In this document: positions 1 to 12,080 of the stretch, in pieces
Layout of the letters: the number at the start of each line of letters is the position of its first letter
Numbering within the stretch: position 1 is the first letter of the stretch
Assembly: GCA_012295275.1 (NCBI GenBank)
Contig: CM022679.1
Span: 11,346,001 to 11,410,000 of the forward strand
Reading direction: 5' to 3'
DNA length: 64,000 nucleotides
DNA from: Chrysomallon squamiferum
Taxonomy: Eukaryota > Animalia > Mollusca
The notes under the pieces: generated by a model
Told to the model about the DNA's origin: nothing
The model's database searches: none
Seen by the model: the letters and a program-made list of their open reading frames with translations, nothing else
Translations under genes and position numbers: made by a program

Positions 1-1786
1 GTTTTATAACAACCTGCTAAGTTATTGCTGGCAGTCTTTTTAGAACTAGTAGTAGCTATATGACTTACATTTAAATACTTTACTTTATTTTATTTATTAT
101 TTTTACTGATTAACTGATTGACTGATTTTTATTATTTATTTATTTATTTATTATTATTATTTTTAATGACAAATGGAACAAGAATAATACTTTCAAGTAT
201 TAAAAAGATCGAATTCATAATGCTATTTGTTTATTGGGCTGTTATTGTTAATAGGCCCTATTTTCTGAAAATTCTTAAAATCTTGAATTTACTGGATAGC
301 TTTTCAATGAACATTTTACTCAGTATCGCGTTGCGAATCACTATGCTAAATTAAGAGATCGATGTAGAATTCTAAAATACAGGCCGTTAGAATTCCGTTT
401 TATGATTTATCTATTCAAATGGCAACAGTGAAATAAAAGATTTTTTTTTTTTTTAACTGTTCGAATACCAGTGGACATGAAAAGAAGGATCGTTGCTGTT
501 AAATAGGCAAGTTAACAAGATTAATACATAAGGTAGCTAATTTTACAGAAATATGGCTAAAGAAATTTGATCTAAAATGTTTTTATGAGGTGGCTGAAGG
601 CATTGATCTTAATTGTCCAAAATGGCTGATACTTTTTATTTCTCCTAAGAAAGGTCCTGGACTGTATGAATGTATATATGTATGTATGTATCTGTGTGCG
701 CGCATATGTGTATATGCACCGACATAGATCATAAAACTGTATTAGAACACTGTAATAATGATCAATAAGAGGCTACGATAAGGGAGGCAACTACACATTT
801 GTAAGAAATAATAGTTCAGTTTCCTTAGACAGTGAGAAATTCTTTAAATGTAGGGTGATTATTAAAAATAAATAAATAAATAAATAAGAATCAGTTAACT
901 CAAAATTATTGTCAAAACAGTGAAAGTCGATAAAAGTGAAAATTAAAATGATAAACTAGACCACTCAGGGTTTTTATCGGTTTAAATTTATAAATAAGAT
1001 TTGTGATTGTTTTAATTTTTAAGACTAAATTTGAAAAGACTGTATTCACCTTAGTTATTATTATTATTATTAATTGTTTTTTCATTCTATTCTACAAATT
1101 TAAAGAATATGTATATACGTTTATTAAACTTTTTAAAAATCATATATTAGTCACTATTAAAGCATGCCTTGAAGAGTAGTTTAGTAATAAAATGATATAA
1201 TGCAAATAAAATATTAGAAAAGAAAAAATTGCTTTACTCCAACAAAGAACACAATATGTTTGAACAGTTATATTAATATGAAAAAATTGCTTGTTATAGA
1301 AATTGTTAATGCTACGTTAAACATAGAATATCGAAATGTATGCATGGTTGCTTACCCTATGTGTTCTTTAGAACTGCATATATGATGCATGATAGATGAC
1401 GTTCTAATGTATTTTGATTTCGTTACCAGTCAGAGCCGCAGTTGTTGACAGCATATGTTTTCTGCATAAAGCAGATTATTAACTTCATTCAGTGAACGCT
1501 TATGCATAAATGAGACAACATAGTTGGAAAATGTATTGATTATATACCAGTTCGTAAGTTACAAATCTTTTTGGATATAGTTATATTTTGTATGATCTCT
1601 TGTCTGTCACTGATTTGGATGGGTTTATAACGTTTGAAATAGTGGGAAATCTTTGAATGTGATTAAAAAAAAAAAAAAATTAAAAGTTCACACTTGGTGT
1701 GCTGGCTGTTTCTGCATTATATGTGGAGTGAGACATCTTAGTATTAATAAGGTCTTGGATCGTCGTTTTTAATTTAATTTAATTTA

Positions 1787-1913
1787 ATTTTATAGTGCTT
1801 CTTAAAACAACAACAATTCTATTGTTAGCTGAAAATTATATATACATAATGTTCCAGCTAACATTAGAAATAGACACACCCTCGAGTTGTTGTTTTAAGA
1901 AGCACTATAAAAT
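1787..1913. repeat. Nested inverted repeat (hairpin)
   Basis: Perfect 28-bp inverted arms at 1787-1814 (ATTTTATAGTGCTTCTTAAAACAACAAC) and 1886-1913. They enclose a second imperfect stem, 1817-1839 vs 1846-1869. Confidence 0.85.
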
Positions 1914-2374
1914 AAAATAAAATTATTATATTTAATGTTTTCAAGTAAGTTGCTTTTTTTAATGAAGCTTGGTCTTTACTACTAAGAAAACAACATGTCA
2001 TTATTTTTCGTCTTGCTGTCTTGCCTAATACACAAAAAGAAAAAGAAAGAGAAAAAAGCCATGATCATTAACCATTCCAGTGATTTCTTTCCAGATTATA
2101 ACTATAAACAAGTTGAAAATAATGGATATGAGAGAGAGAAAAAAAACTGCAAATAAAATAGAATTTCTGTGATTGTAGGTAAACGTGAATGTATGTATGT
2201 ACAGAGAAGCACACACACACACACATATATAAATTATCATCATAAAACAAACAGGTGGCAGGAAATTTATTCATTTATTCAAATTTAGATGACAGCTAAA
2301 AGAGAAAAAAATGTATTGTTGAAAATACCAAACTTATTAGCTAGTAAAATTTATAATTATATCAGAAATAACAT

Positions 2375-2378
<4 letters not shown>

Positions 2379-2441
<63 letters not shown>
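2379..2441. repeat. (AAT)n microsatellite
   Basis: About 20 uninterrupted AAT units. Explains the poly-N ORF 2289-2522. Confidence 0.95.
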
Positions 2442-2442
<1 letters not shown>

Positions 2443-2577
2443 TCAAATTTAGTATTATATTAAAGACTGTGCTGTATTATGTGCATAATGTTAATATATA
2501 TGATGTTAAGAATCTCGAATGAAAACCACGTGACAAACAAACCTACACTGGCTACAATTGTGTTTGTTAATGACCCA

Positions 2578-2596
2578 CGTGGCCTTTTACTATTTG
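2578..2596 (-). promoter_or_regulatory. ERSE-like element upstream of MZB1-like exon 1A
   Basis: Minus strand reads CAAAT-N9-CCACG, one mismatch to the ERSE consensus CCAAT-N9-CCACG. It overlaps the CCACGTGG palindrome, and a second CCACGTGAC lies at 2526-2534. About 85 bp upstream of the ATG. Confidence 0.6.
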
Positions 2597-2681
2597 TTCT
2601 TAAAACATACGTGCCTATGAAACAATGCCTATAACATCATATAAATTAAATTAAGTTACAGAGATTCACAGATTACAAATC

Positions 2682-2858
2682 ATGTATATTAGAATACTTT
2701 CCTATATTCTTCTGTGTCCATGGATTTCTGCTTTAGAAAGGAGAGGAGCAGAGAAGAAAATGGTTTTTAAAGGCGCCAATATTACGGACGAGGAGGCTTT
2801 CAGTCCCCATATGCCGTCAACCCTAAAATGTGATGCATGTAGAATCATAAGTCACCTG
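2682..2858 (+). CDS. MZB1: MZB1/pERp1-like first coding exon (copy A): orphan or alternative first exon
   Basis: Signal-peptide-like N-terminus, then ANITDEEAFSPHMPSTLKCDACRIISHL (compare MZB1 HMPAHLRCDACRAVAYQM). Phase-0 GT donor at 2859, same position as in copies B and C. No exons 2-4 were found before 3960. Confidence 0.75.
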
Positions 2859-2872
2859 GTTCGTGTTTTTCC

Positions 2873-2970
2873 ATTATTATTGTTGTTGTTGTTGTTATTG
2901 TTATTATTATTACTACTACTACTACTACTACTACTGTTATCGTTATTATTATACTGTTGATGATGATGAT
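2873..2970. repeat. Compound trinucleotide microsatellite (TTA/TTG/CTA/TGA)
   Basis: Directly visible. Accounts for the poly-Leu tail of ORF 2682-2960, which is intronic read-through. Confidence 0.9.
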
Positions 2971-3839
2971 CTTCTCTGAGGCAGAGAGGTGGGGAAATCA
3001 ATGTGTATTTAAGACAATGTTATTTTTAAAACGCCCATCGACAATTTAATTTTTCTGAATTTCATTTATACCATTATCATATTTAGAGGTGGAGGTAATG
3101 TGATAAGCCGCTCCCCTTCAAAGGCTGCAAGCTGTATTGATCTATATTGTTAAAAATTACTCAGTTAGAGCTTAATTTCTGATTTAGGTATTACAAAATC
3201 ATTTCGAAAATTATTTCCTTTTTATTTGTTTTGTGTTTTTAAATGTTATTTAAGAACCATTTTGTTTTGATGCATATTTTTTTGTTAGCGACAACGAAAT
3301 CAATACGCATGAATCTATTACGTCAGAGAGCGGCGAGCTGAGATATAAAACAGTTAATTTGATTGAATTATTATTACATGTGTTTGTATATTACATGCGT
3401 GGGTGTATGTGTTGGCGACCCCAAATCAAATTTCGCCACGATTTTGATTTTTTTAAAAAAAAAAGGCATTATGTTAAAATAATTAATTCGGGTAAAGATT
3501 CAAGAATTAAAAAAAAATAATATCTAAAAATGAACGTTTCAAACAGAGCCGTATATATGTATCCACTATGTATGTATATATGTATGTATGTATATGCATG
3601 CATGCATGTGGGCACGAGTTTTTGTTGTTTTCCAGAGTTTTCCATATCGTCGACAATTTCAAATGTTTAGAAAGAAATATAAATAACCAATGACAGATCG
3701 AGGAATTATTTATTTATAAATAATTTTATTTGTTTGATATAATTTTCCTTAATAAAAATAAATAAATAATAAAATAAAGTAAAATAAATATTTCTTCCAA
3801 GCACTTCCGATTTAAACTCTGAGCCAAATAGGAAATTAA

Positions 3840-3886
3840 TGACGTGATGGTGACGTAAAACAGCTCATGTGTCCTTTTATCATTGG
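3840..3886. promoter_or_regulatory. UPRE/CRE-like sites plus ERSE-like element upstream of MZB1-like copy B
   Basis: TGACGTGA (3840-3847), TGACGTAA (3851-3858) and minus-strand CCAAT-N9-ACACA (3886-3868), within about 120 bp of the ATG at 3960. Confidence 0.6.
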
Positions 3887-3959
3887 ACGAACGCGTAATT
3901 AGTTTTGGCCAGCATCCATATTTACTATAATCATAAAAATTGTAAATTTTAGTTCTGAT

Positions 3960-6757
3960 ATGATTGTTAGGTTAACTTTCTGTGTTTTACTACTGTCGTA
4001 TTTTTTATATTCGGCTATGAGTTCCGAGGCCGATTCTGAATCAGCAGAAGATGATTTTGATTCAGAAGAATCTGATTTTGATTCGGTAGAATCTGATTCT
4101 GAATCTTTAGTATCTGATTCCGAATCTTCACCATCTGGTTCTGAAGAACCAGAACTGGAGGAAGGAATGTCTAAGCTATCATTCAAAAGTGCTAATCTTA
4201 CCGAGGAAGAGCAGTTCAGTTCACACATGCCCAATGACTTGAAATGTGACGCCTGCAGAATAATATCGTTCATGGTTTGTCACTTCGTGTGTTTTCTGTC
4301 ATCATTATTATTAACCGTCTATTTACTGATATTTACCAGTTTATTTATATTTATTAAAAATAAATAATTAATAAATAATGTATTACTTATAATTATTTAA
4401 CAAATTTCCAATATTATTAATTATTTAAGTAAACACACGCTGTTTTGACATTTATATAAATATATTGTCAATGATACTTTCCCATTTCTGCCTTAATAAA
4501 TCTTCTTCACTTCAGCACCTGTGCTGGAGTGCATAAAAATTGTTTATATGATCATTAATGCTGATAATGTGGGCGTCCTATCTGACCAGAAAAGATGTAA
4601 CAATATTTTTTTAAATACTGAAGTTTTGCATTTGATGCAGATGTAATCCCCAATTCATATGTTGAATATATGCATCAAAGTATATAATTTCATATGTATT
4701 TTTTTTATATATATATATATATTTTTTTTAAATTTCACTAATTTGTTAACTAATTTAAAAGGCAGAAGTATCAGAAATAAAAACAATTAAAATACATACT
4801 AATCAGATATGCTCTAAATTATCAGTAGTAGTAGTAGTAGTAGTAGTAGTAGCAGTAGTATTAGTAACAACAGTTATGGCAATAATATTGATGATAGTAA
4901 TAATAGCTGCAGAAAAAATATTTTTGTTTGATTTAAATTTATCAAGTGATAAAAAAGAATTTGTTTGTTTGAGCTGACATACAGGCATACTATAAATAGT
5001 GCTTGAAAAGACTATTGTGAAAATAAGAAAAGAAAAATAAAATGGGAAATGAGAAAAAAAAAAAGTACTTACCTTGCTTGAAAGAAATTTCCAGAATACT
5101 GACATTGGTTGCTTGTTATTTGAATTGTCTGGTTGGTTGGATGTACTTTTTAAAACAAATTTGAATATTTGACAGTGAACTAACTGAATTGGCTTCAAAT
5201 AAACATAAAATAGAATCTGAACTTTGGAAGATGTCAGATTTCAGAGTAGAATTTTTTTTTTTAGAAAGAAAGCCCTAATTCACAGGAAAAACTATGGCTA
5301 AATTTAAATCCAGCACATTACAAGAGATTTAATAAGTAAACAAAACACATTCCTCATAAACATACCTGAAATTTTCTTAACATTTCATGTAATAACAGTT
5401 TACTGTTAATGTTTTAAGAAAAACCCAATATATAAAATATTAAGTATTGTTATACATGCTGTTCTGAAATATTTGACTTTGTAAAAAAAATAAATATATT
5501 AATATATGTATAAACCAGCATTTTCTAAACTATGGATTACAAGTTCAGACATCTTTATCATCATAATCATAATAAAGTACCTGTGTAAAAAGAAAAATAC
5601 AGGATGATAATAATGATAGCAATAATTGTTATTATTATTATTATTATCATTAATATTTAATTTTATTAATTTTATAAATTTATTATCATTACTATTATTA
5701 GTATTATTGTTATTATTATTATTTCTTCATTTTTTTTTTGTACATTTCTCAGCTGCAGAAAAATTTTGAAAAGGAACACCAAAAAATGAAATCACGTATA
5801 GAAAAAGTTGGACGTTTAAAGGAATCTGATGTTCTGACAATTGTCGATAGAGTTTGTGATGACAGTTTTGAACAGTAAGATATTTCTGTTTCTGTAATAT
5901 ATTTAGTGAGAGAAACATTTCAGTTTTGATGATGATGATGATGATGATGACGATGACAATATAATATGGACAACATGGAGTAAATAAACAAAAACAACAA
6001 TAACAATAACAACATTTTTTTTTTAAAATAATAATAAAATTAAAAAATGAAAGTAAAACAAAGATAATGATTAAAAAGATTAACACTGAGAAAGTTTTAT
6101 TTTTCTGCAGAGTTGGTCTGAAGGCAGTTAATGGCGTGAATCGACTGTCAGGGCCAGGCCTGGAGACAGAAAAAGTAATGGGTTTAATGCAGGGAGGTGG
6201 TAAATGGCCTGGCAGGTAAACTGACATCACTTAATATGTGAATTCTATCATTTTTGACACTCTTAGCTGAATGAACACCAAAACAGATATATTTTTTTTC
6301 TCTAATTTACAAGTTTGTGCCTACATGTACAGTTACTTTTTTCTCCTTCTAGTTAATAGTTTGGGTTAGATAAGTACCCCCATCTCATAATGTAGCCATT
6401 TTGCTTTCCTATCTCCTAATGATCAACATGGAAAATGACACATAAACACATTTTAAGTTACAAAATAAGTCACATTAATACATATTCATTTAATAAACTC
6501 TGTATGTTTATTATACAGTTTATTAAATTATAGTTAAAACAAAACTAATATTGAGTGATGTGGTATTTTTATGGTCATAGGATGTTTTGAATGTTTGTTT
6601 CAGACTGAAATCAATGTGTCGTGAATTTGCTGGTGAAATTGGAGAAGAACAAATATATGATGCTTATTTACTCAACAAGGAGATGATGGAAGATTTCATG
6701 TGCAGGGGGCCTGACATACAAGGATCCTGTCTCATGCAGAAGAAAGAAGAATTATGA
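3960..6757 (+). CDS. MZB1: MZB1/pERp1-like ER co-chaperone, copy B (saposin-like fold, acidic N-terminal insert)
   Basis: Exons 3960-4274, 5753-5874, 6111-6215 and 6604-6757, all GT-AG and in frame. Signal peptide, HMPNDLKCDAC (CxxC), RLKESDV..VC, RLSGPGL, GGGKWPGRL..MC, six Cys in total, and C-terminal KEEL ER-retrieval signal. Confidence 0.9.
4032..4157 (+). repeat. In-frame 21-bp (7-aa) tandem repeat, about 6 degenerate units, D/E/S-rich
   Basis: Units GATTCTGAATCAGCAGAAGAT / GATTTTGATTCAGAAGAATCT / GATTTTGATTCGGTAGAATCT / GATTCTGAATCTTTAGTATCT / GATTCCGAATCTTCACCATCT / GGTTCTGAAGAACCAGAACTG. Confidence 0.85.
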
Positions 6758-8496
6758 TTTTGCTTATTTCATTAGTAAAATCAGTTTAATGTTTATGAAA
6801 ATAATAATGAACATTTGTAAAATTCCTATCAAAAGCATTGCTGGATACTTTTAATTTTTTCATTTCATTAATATTTTCATTGTCATAATACTGTTTAATT
6901 GTGGGCTTCTTGTTTTCATAAACAGAACATTACTTCATACCAATAAAAAGAAACTCTCACAAAACCTTAAAGAAACAAAGGAAATCAAATATATATATTG
7001 GAAAAAAAAAAAAAACTTGAAAGAAAAGAAAAACATAGTCACCACATCACAATATTTCTTTTCACCACATTTCAGAATGTTTCAGATAAATTGTTACTAA
7101 ATTTTCAATTATTTATAATAATAAAATTTTCCAGAATAATTTCTTCACTAGATTGATCATGTAAATTTTAATATCACTGCTGTTTTATTGTTTTCATACA
7201 TGTTTTCATGTTACAATCACCCTTTAATCAATAAAGTTTGAAAATTTAATAAATTGTTGTTTTCTTTTCTTAAAGATGGGAAGTAAAATGAGATTCATTC
7301 ATATGTATGTACTGTTTATAATACATTGAAGCAAGTTTTTTTCTCTCCTGTTTCAGCAACTGTTCTATTATAAACAAAATTATTTGATGAATGCCATATT
7401 TTTCAGGATATTAATTAAAAATATTTGTTGTTTGTGATTTTAACAGAACATTTGAAAGAAATTGCATTTTAACATTACTGTGACGTATTTGTTTTTGGGG
7501 GGGGTTGTACATAATACTATCTTTTTTCTTTTTCTTTTATTTAATTGTGTGTGTGGTTTTTTTTCATCTAGCATTAGTATCTAGTAGCTGCTTCAGTATT
7601 GCTCTAACAAAATACATCCTAGCAATGTTACAACATGATTGAACAAAGGGTTAAATTATGTCTGGAAAATATTCAAGTGTGTTTTACATAATTAATCTAC
7701 TAGGCAGTTTTCACTTACGTAAGGATGTTAACTCTATGCATACATGTATATTTATCTATATAATTCTAAATATATAAACACAAATATAACAAATCAAATG
7801 TTCTTATTGATTACATTAAAGTTAAAATTAATATTCTACATATTGCTGAGATACTTTGAGGCTGTGCGTTTTTACTCAAATGTTTTTGAAGGACATATAA
7901 TTATCGGTTGCCAATACTTAACACTTCCGAAAATTCGTTTGAAGGCTGTTGTTTTTTGTGAGGGTTTTTCCACTTTACATAACGATTGCTTTCGGATCTT
8001 CTTGGGGATCAAAATTAAAAATTCCGAAATTTTAAAAAAAATAAAAAAAAAAAAAAAATTAAAAAAACTTTCAAGATGGATAAAATGTAAATAATCAACC
8101 AATGAATGAACGAACATAAATATTGTACAGTCATTTTTAAGAATTGATGTTTAGAGATTGATTAGAACTATGATAAAGTGATCGTGCAGTTTATGTCTAC
8201 AATTTGATAAAAAGAGATTTTAATAAATAAAGGATTTTTTGTCAGCTGTTAGTTCAAATAAAAAAAATGTCATAATCAATTAAAGATCAGATATCAATGT
8301 GACACATTTAGAACAACCATAAAATTTGAACATATTTAGAGAAATGATAATTTTAAAAGTTATATTAAGATAAAATGCTACGCTAAAATATATAAACTCC
8401 GCTGGCTCCATTTCATTTAAAATCGAAGATTAAATTTCAATTTCACCGGTTTTGTGGAAGCCCATAAACGCGGAAAATTATTTTTAGGTTTGTTTA

Positions 8497-8515
8497 CGTG
8501 TCTGTTTATCATTTG
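8497..8515 (-). promoter_or_regulatory. ERSE-like element upstream of MZB1-like copy C
   Basis: Minus strand reads CAAAT-N9-ACACG(T). Same orientation, spacing and a similar spacer to the elements at 2578 and 3868. Confidence 0.5.
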
Positions 8516-8717
8516 TTCCCGCAGTACCCCTAATTGTGAATATGAACAAAAAAAGAACCGATATGACTATTTTGTTTGTTACAAATGAATGACTTTATGA
8601 AGTACATGAATAATTTCACCAAAGCAATACAGTGTGAGTGTACTGAGTGTAGAGTTGTAGGTCACTATATCGTTATATGTTCAGTTTGCAGCAGTGTTGT
8701 CTTTTTCTGTGGTCAGT

Positions 8718-10497
8718 ATGAATATGGGTTTTAAGTTAATAACTATTTTCCTATATGGTTGTGTTATTCTGGTAGTTCAGAGTTCAATACCTGGTATGGT
8801 AGATCATGGAGATGGGTCAGGGAGAATAACAATGAAAGCTGGCTATCTTGGCGATGAAGCAACGCACAGTCCGCACATGCCACAGAACCTCAGGTGTGAC
8901 GCTTGCAGAATAATCGCTCATATGGTTGGTACATAATGATTATGATAATCATGTCATGTTAACGACAAGCACTGTGACACTTGTAAATTGAACTATTCAT
9001 TATTCATTATTCTTATGTTATTATTATTTATTTTCATTCTTTTAATAATCCATGTTTGCCAGTTATTATTACTACATTTGAATGCAGATTTTACTAATTA
9101 ATAATAAAAACTTTTTGGTATACTAATACACGAATACAGTAACATTTTTGTTTTTATATTAAGTACACTGCTTTGAAATGTTTTCATTATTTATGTGTTT
9201 TGTTTTAAACAAATTACATATTAATTATATACATTTTTTTAAATTGAATTTATTTATTTTGTAAACATATTTTACAATATTTAATTTTTTTTCCATTTTT
9301 GTTTTTCAGTTATTTTCACGATTTGATAAACAACACAACAAAATGAAGTCATTAATTGAGAAAACTGGACGATTGACAGAATCTGATGTGATTGATGTTA
9401 TTGAATCAGTCTGTGAAGACAAATTTCAGTCGTAAGCAAGTTAAATTCTTTTTTTATTAAGAACTTAGTACTGATGTTAGATAAGTAATACTTGTTTATT
9501 GCAATGGTTCTCGGTACTTTATTGAAAAAAATATTAAAATTGCATTTCAGATGTTGTGTTTTAATTAAAGTGTTTGATGTGCACATAGTTGATATGAATT
9601 CATCTGTTGTTAAAGGCCATAAGGTGCTTCCCTGTTTATGAATAGGCACATATGAAAGATTGTTTGTTTACTACTTCATAATTGACAAGCCCACAGGATG
9701 AAAGTAACAATAGGAACCAAATGACTGACACCTAATAACCAATAATAATGATAATATTAATAATAACAATAATAATAATAATAAAGGGATATATAATTTT
9801 TTTCCCTTGAAAAATATTGTCCATTTGCTTTGCACTCACTATTAGTTATTTTTTTATCTTTTAAAAGAAAATGATAATTTTTCTATTCTCCTGTGTAGAT
9901 TTGTATTGTGATGTGTATATCTATTTACAGTGTGGGAGTGAAAGAAATCGATGGAAAAAATCGTTTATCTGGCCCAGGGTTGGAAACCAAAGATGTCCCT
10001 GGGGTGATGCAGGGTGGTGGCATGTGGCCACACAGGTAATGGATCTTATCTGGGTTGTTTACTTACATGAAATGTCTATAGTTTAGAATGTATTTCTTCT
10101 TTCTTTTCACATTTCTTCCCCAATTCAAACAGTGCCTCAGACACTTGTTTATCAGTAAGTGTTTGTCTTTTTAATTGACAAGTGAATTTACAGAATTGTC
10201 TCAGCTGGTTTATCTCATGTCAGTATTTTACAAAAAACAACATTTATACAGTTATTGTTACTATTAACAAAATGTGACGAGGTGTACTATTTATTATTTT
10301 CTTACAGATTGAGAACAATGTGTTCAGGCTATGCTGGAGATATTGGAGAGGCAGAAATATATTCAGGTTATTTAGAACACAAAGAAAATTTGGCTAACTT
10401 TCTCTGTAAAGGAACTGGTATAAGAGGTGACTGCGTGTCCAAAGACAAAGAAAAATCAAATGACACAGACGGAAGTGAGAAAAAGGAAGAACTATGA
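8718..10497 (+). CDS. MZB1: MZB1/pERp1-like ER co-chaperone, copy C
   Basis: Exons 8718-8924, 9310-9431, 9931-10035 and 10308-10497. Internal exons are 122 and 105 nt, identical in length to copy B. HMPQNLRCDAC, RLSGPGL, GGGMWPHRL, six Cys, C-terminal KEEL. The start could instead be the ATG at 8724. Confidence 0.92.
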
Positions 10498-12080
10498 ATT
10501 TTCATAAAATTAGTCTGCCTAGATATTTATAGCCTAGTCTGATGTTATTTAGTGCATTTGTGTGTACATATTTTCTTTTCTTTTTTTATGATGATCACTC
10601 TGTAGAACAGGCTACACATAGAGATCACATGTAGCTTGAACAATTTTAAACAAAATATTTGTATTTGAATTATTGATCCATATAGAGGCATAAAAATGTA
10701 ATTAAAAGAAATACTACATTCAAATATACTGACAGCCTTTAAACAAAGTTCTTAACAAATAAAACATAATTCTATATATGATTTCCAACAATTCACTGCA
10801 ACTTGCAGCCAAACCAAAAAAATTTAAACAATGTGGCTGCCACAAGATTTATTAGTATTAAACAAACTGTGACTATTGGCAGTGTTGAACAGATGGTAGT
10901 AACACAGAGGTAAATTATGTAGGAAAATGGTGTTGGGGACCAAAGTCATCTGTAGCAAACAAGGTAAAAAATGTGTACTATTGTAATTGACTGGATCTAA
11001 TATATTGAAAATTTTCAAGTTGTACATAGTTGTTGGACAAAATTTGATATCATTATTTATATTTTTGTATTTGCTAGAATCATCTTGAATAATATATTTA
11101 TTATATTGTTAAAATGTTAATTGGCCAAGTGCTGATATTATTTATAATTTGATGATCAATTATCTTATATGTTGGTGTACTTAAAAACAGCTCCCCACCT
11201 TTACTTTTGTGTTCATACAAGATTGAAAACATCTGTATTTTACAATAAGTAATTTTTTTTTAAGATGTAAGTTTAAAATTATTTCGTTGTTTTGTGTTTA
11301 TATCAGTTTAAAAATGTGATATGCTCTGTAAAAATGTCCATATATATAATTAAAATCACATTTCTTTTTTCATTTTGCACCTTTCTACAATCTAATAGTT
11401 CAGTAATAAAACATATTTTTGTTCTTTGTTTAAGTTCAAAAAGTTTCTTTATTTGTGACATATTTTTCAGTACATACACATAAATCAATTATGCATCAGA
11501 ACAAAAACATAATAATTTTTGATCTTTGATATACAGTATTTGATTATGTCTTTTAAAATATTTTTTATAAAATATTCTATATTTTATTTTTTTATTTATA
11601 ATAAAAGCTGTTTTCTATTATTTGTATTTTGTATTTTGTTCCTTAACAGTGTGTATAAGATCATACATCTGTAAACTAAAAATTACATAACACATTTCTA
11701 GTATTAAACTTTGGACTGCAAGTGCATAAAGGATTAAAAGTTTATGAAAAAGTTTTCAACAAATAACAAGTATAACATCTCACTTGTTTAGCTTACCAGT
11801 TTACAAATATACATCACCTCTCAAATCATGACTACATTAAATTCTTTAGTTACATTCATTCAGAATAGAAATATTTTGTATTTAACACTTTATATATTAT
11901 TAATCAAACTGCTCAAGACAAAGTGTTAAAGCAGAATTACAGACTTTGCTAAAACAAAAACAAAAAAAATATTTTTGGTTAATTAATTGTGTAGTCTTGT
12001 TGTCCATTAGTGTTTGTGAGAAACAACAAAATTCCTCAAGATCATTTTCAATTTAATTTCTCACAAGTAAAATATTTTTG

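Noticed and set aside
549-663. Possible + strand exon (IWLKKFDLKCFYEVAEG...) after TTTTACAG
   Set aside because: Short, with no recognisable motif and no partner exons; could be chance.
2289-2522. Poly-Asn ORF
   Set aside because: Translation of an (AAT)n microsatellite.
2859-2960. Poly-Leu 'transmembrane' tail on MZB1-like exon 1A
   Set aside because: Lies after the conserved phase-0 donor and consists of intronic trinucleotide repeats.
3899-4273. 124-aa minus-strand ORF
   Set aside because: Antisense shadow of MZB1-like copy B exon 1 and its repeat.
5727-6230. 167-aa minus-strand ORF
   Set aside because: Antisense to MZB1-like exons 2-3 plus microsatellite intron; no domain.
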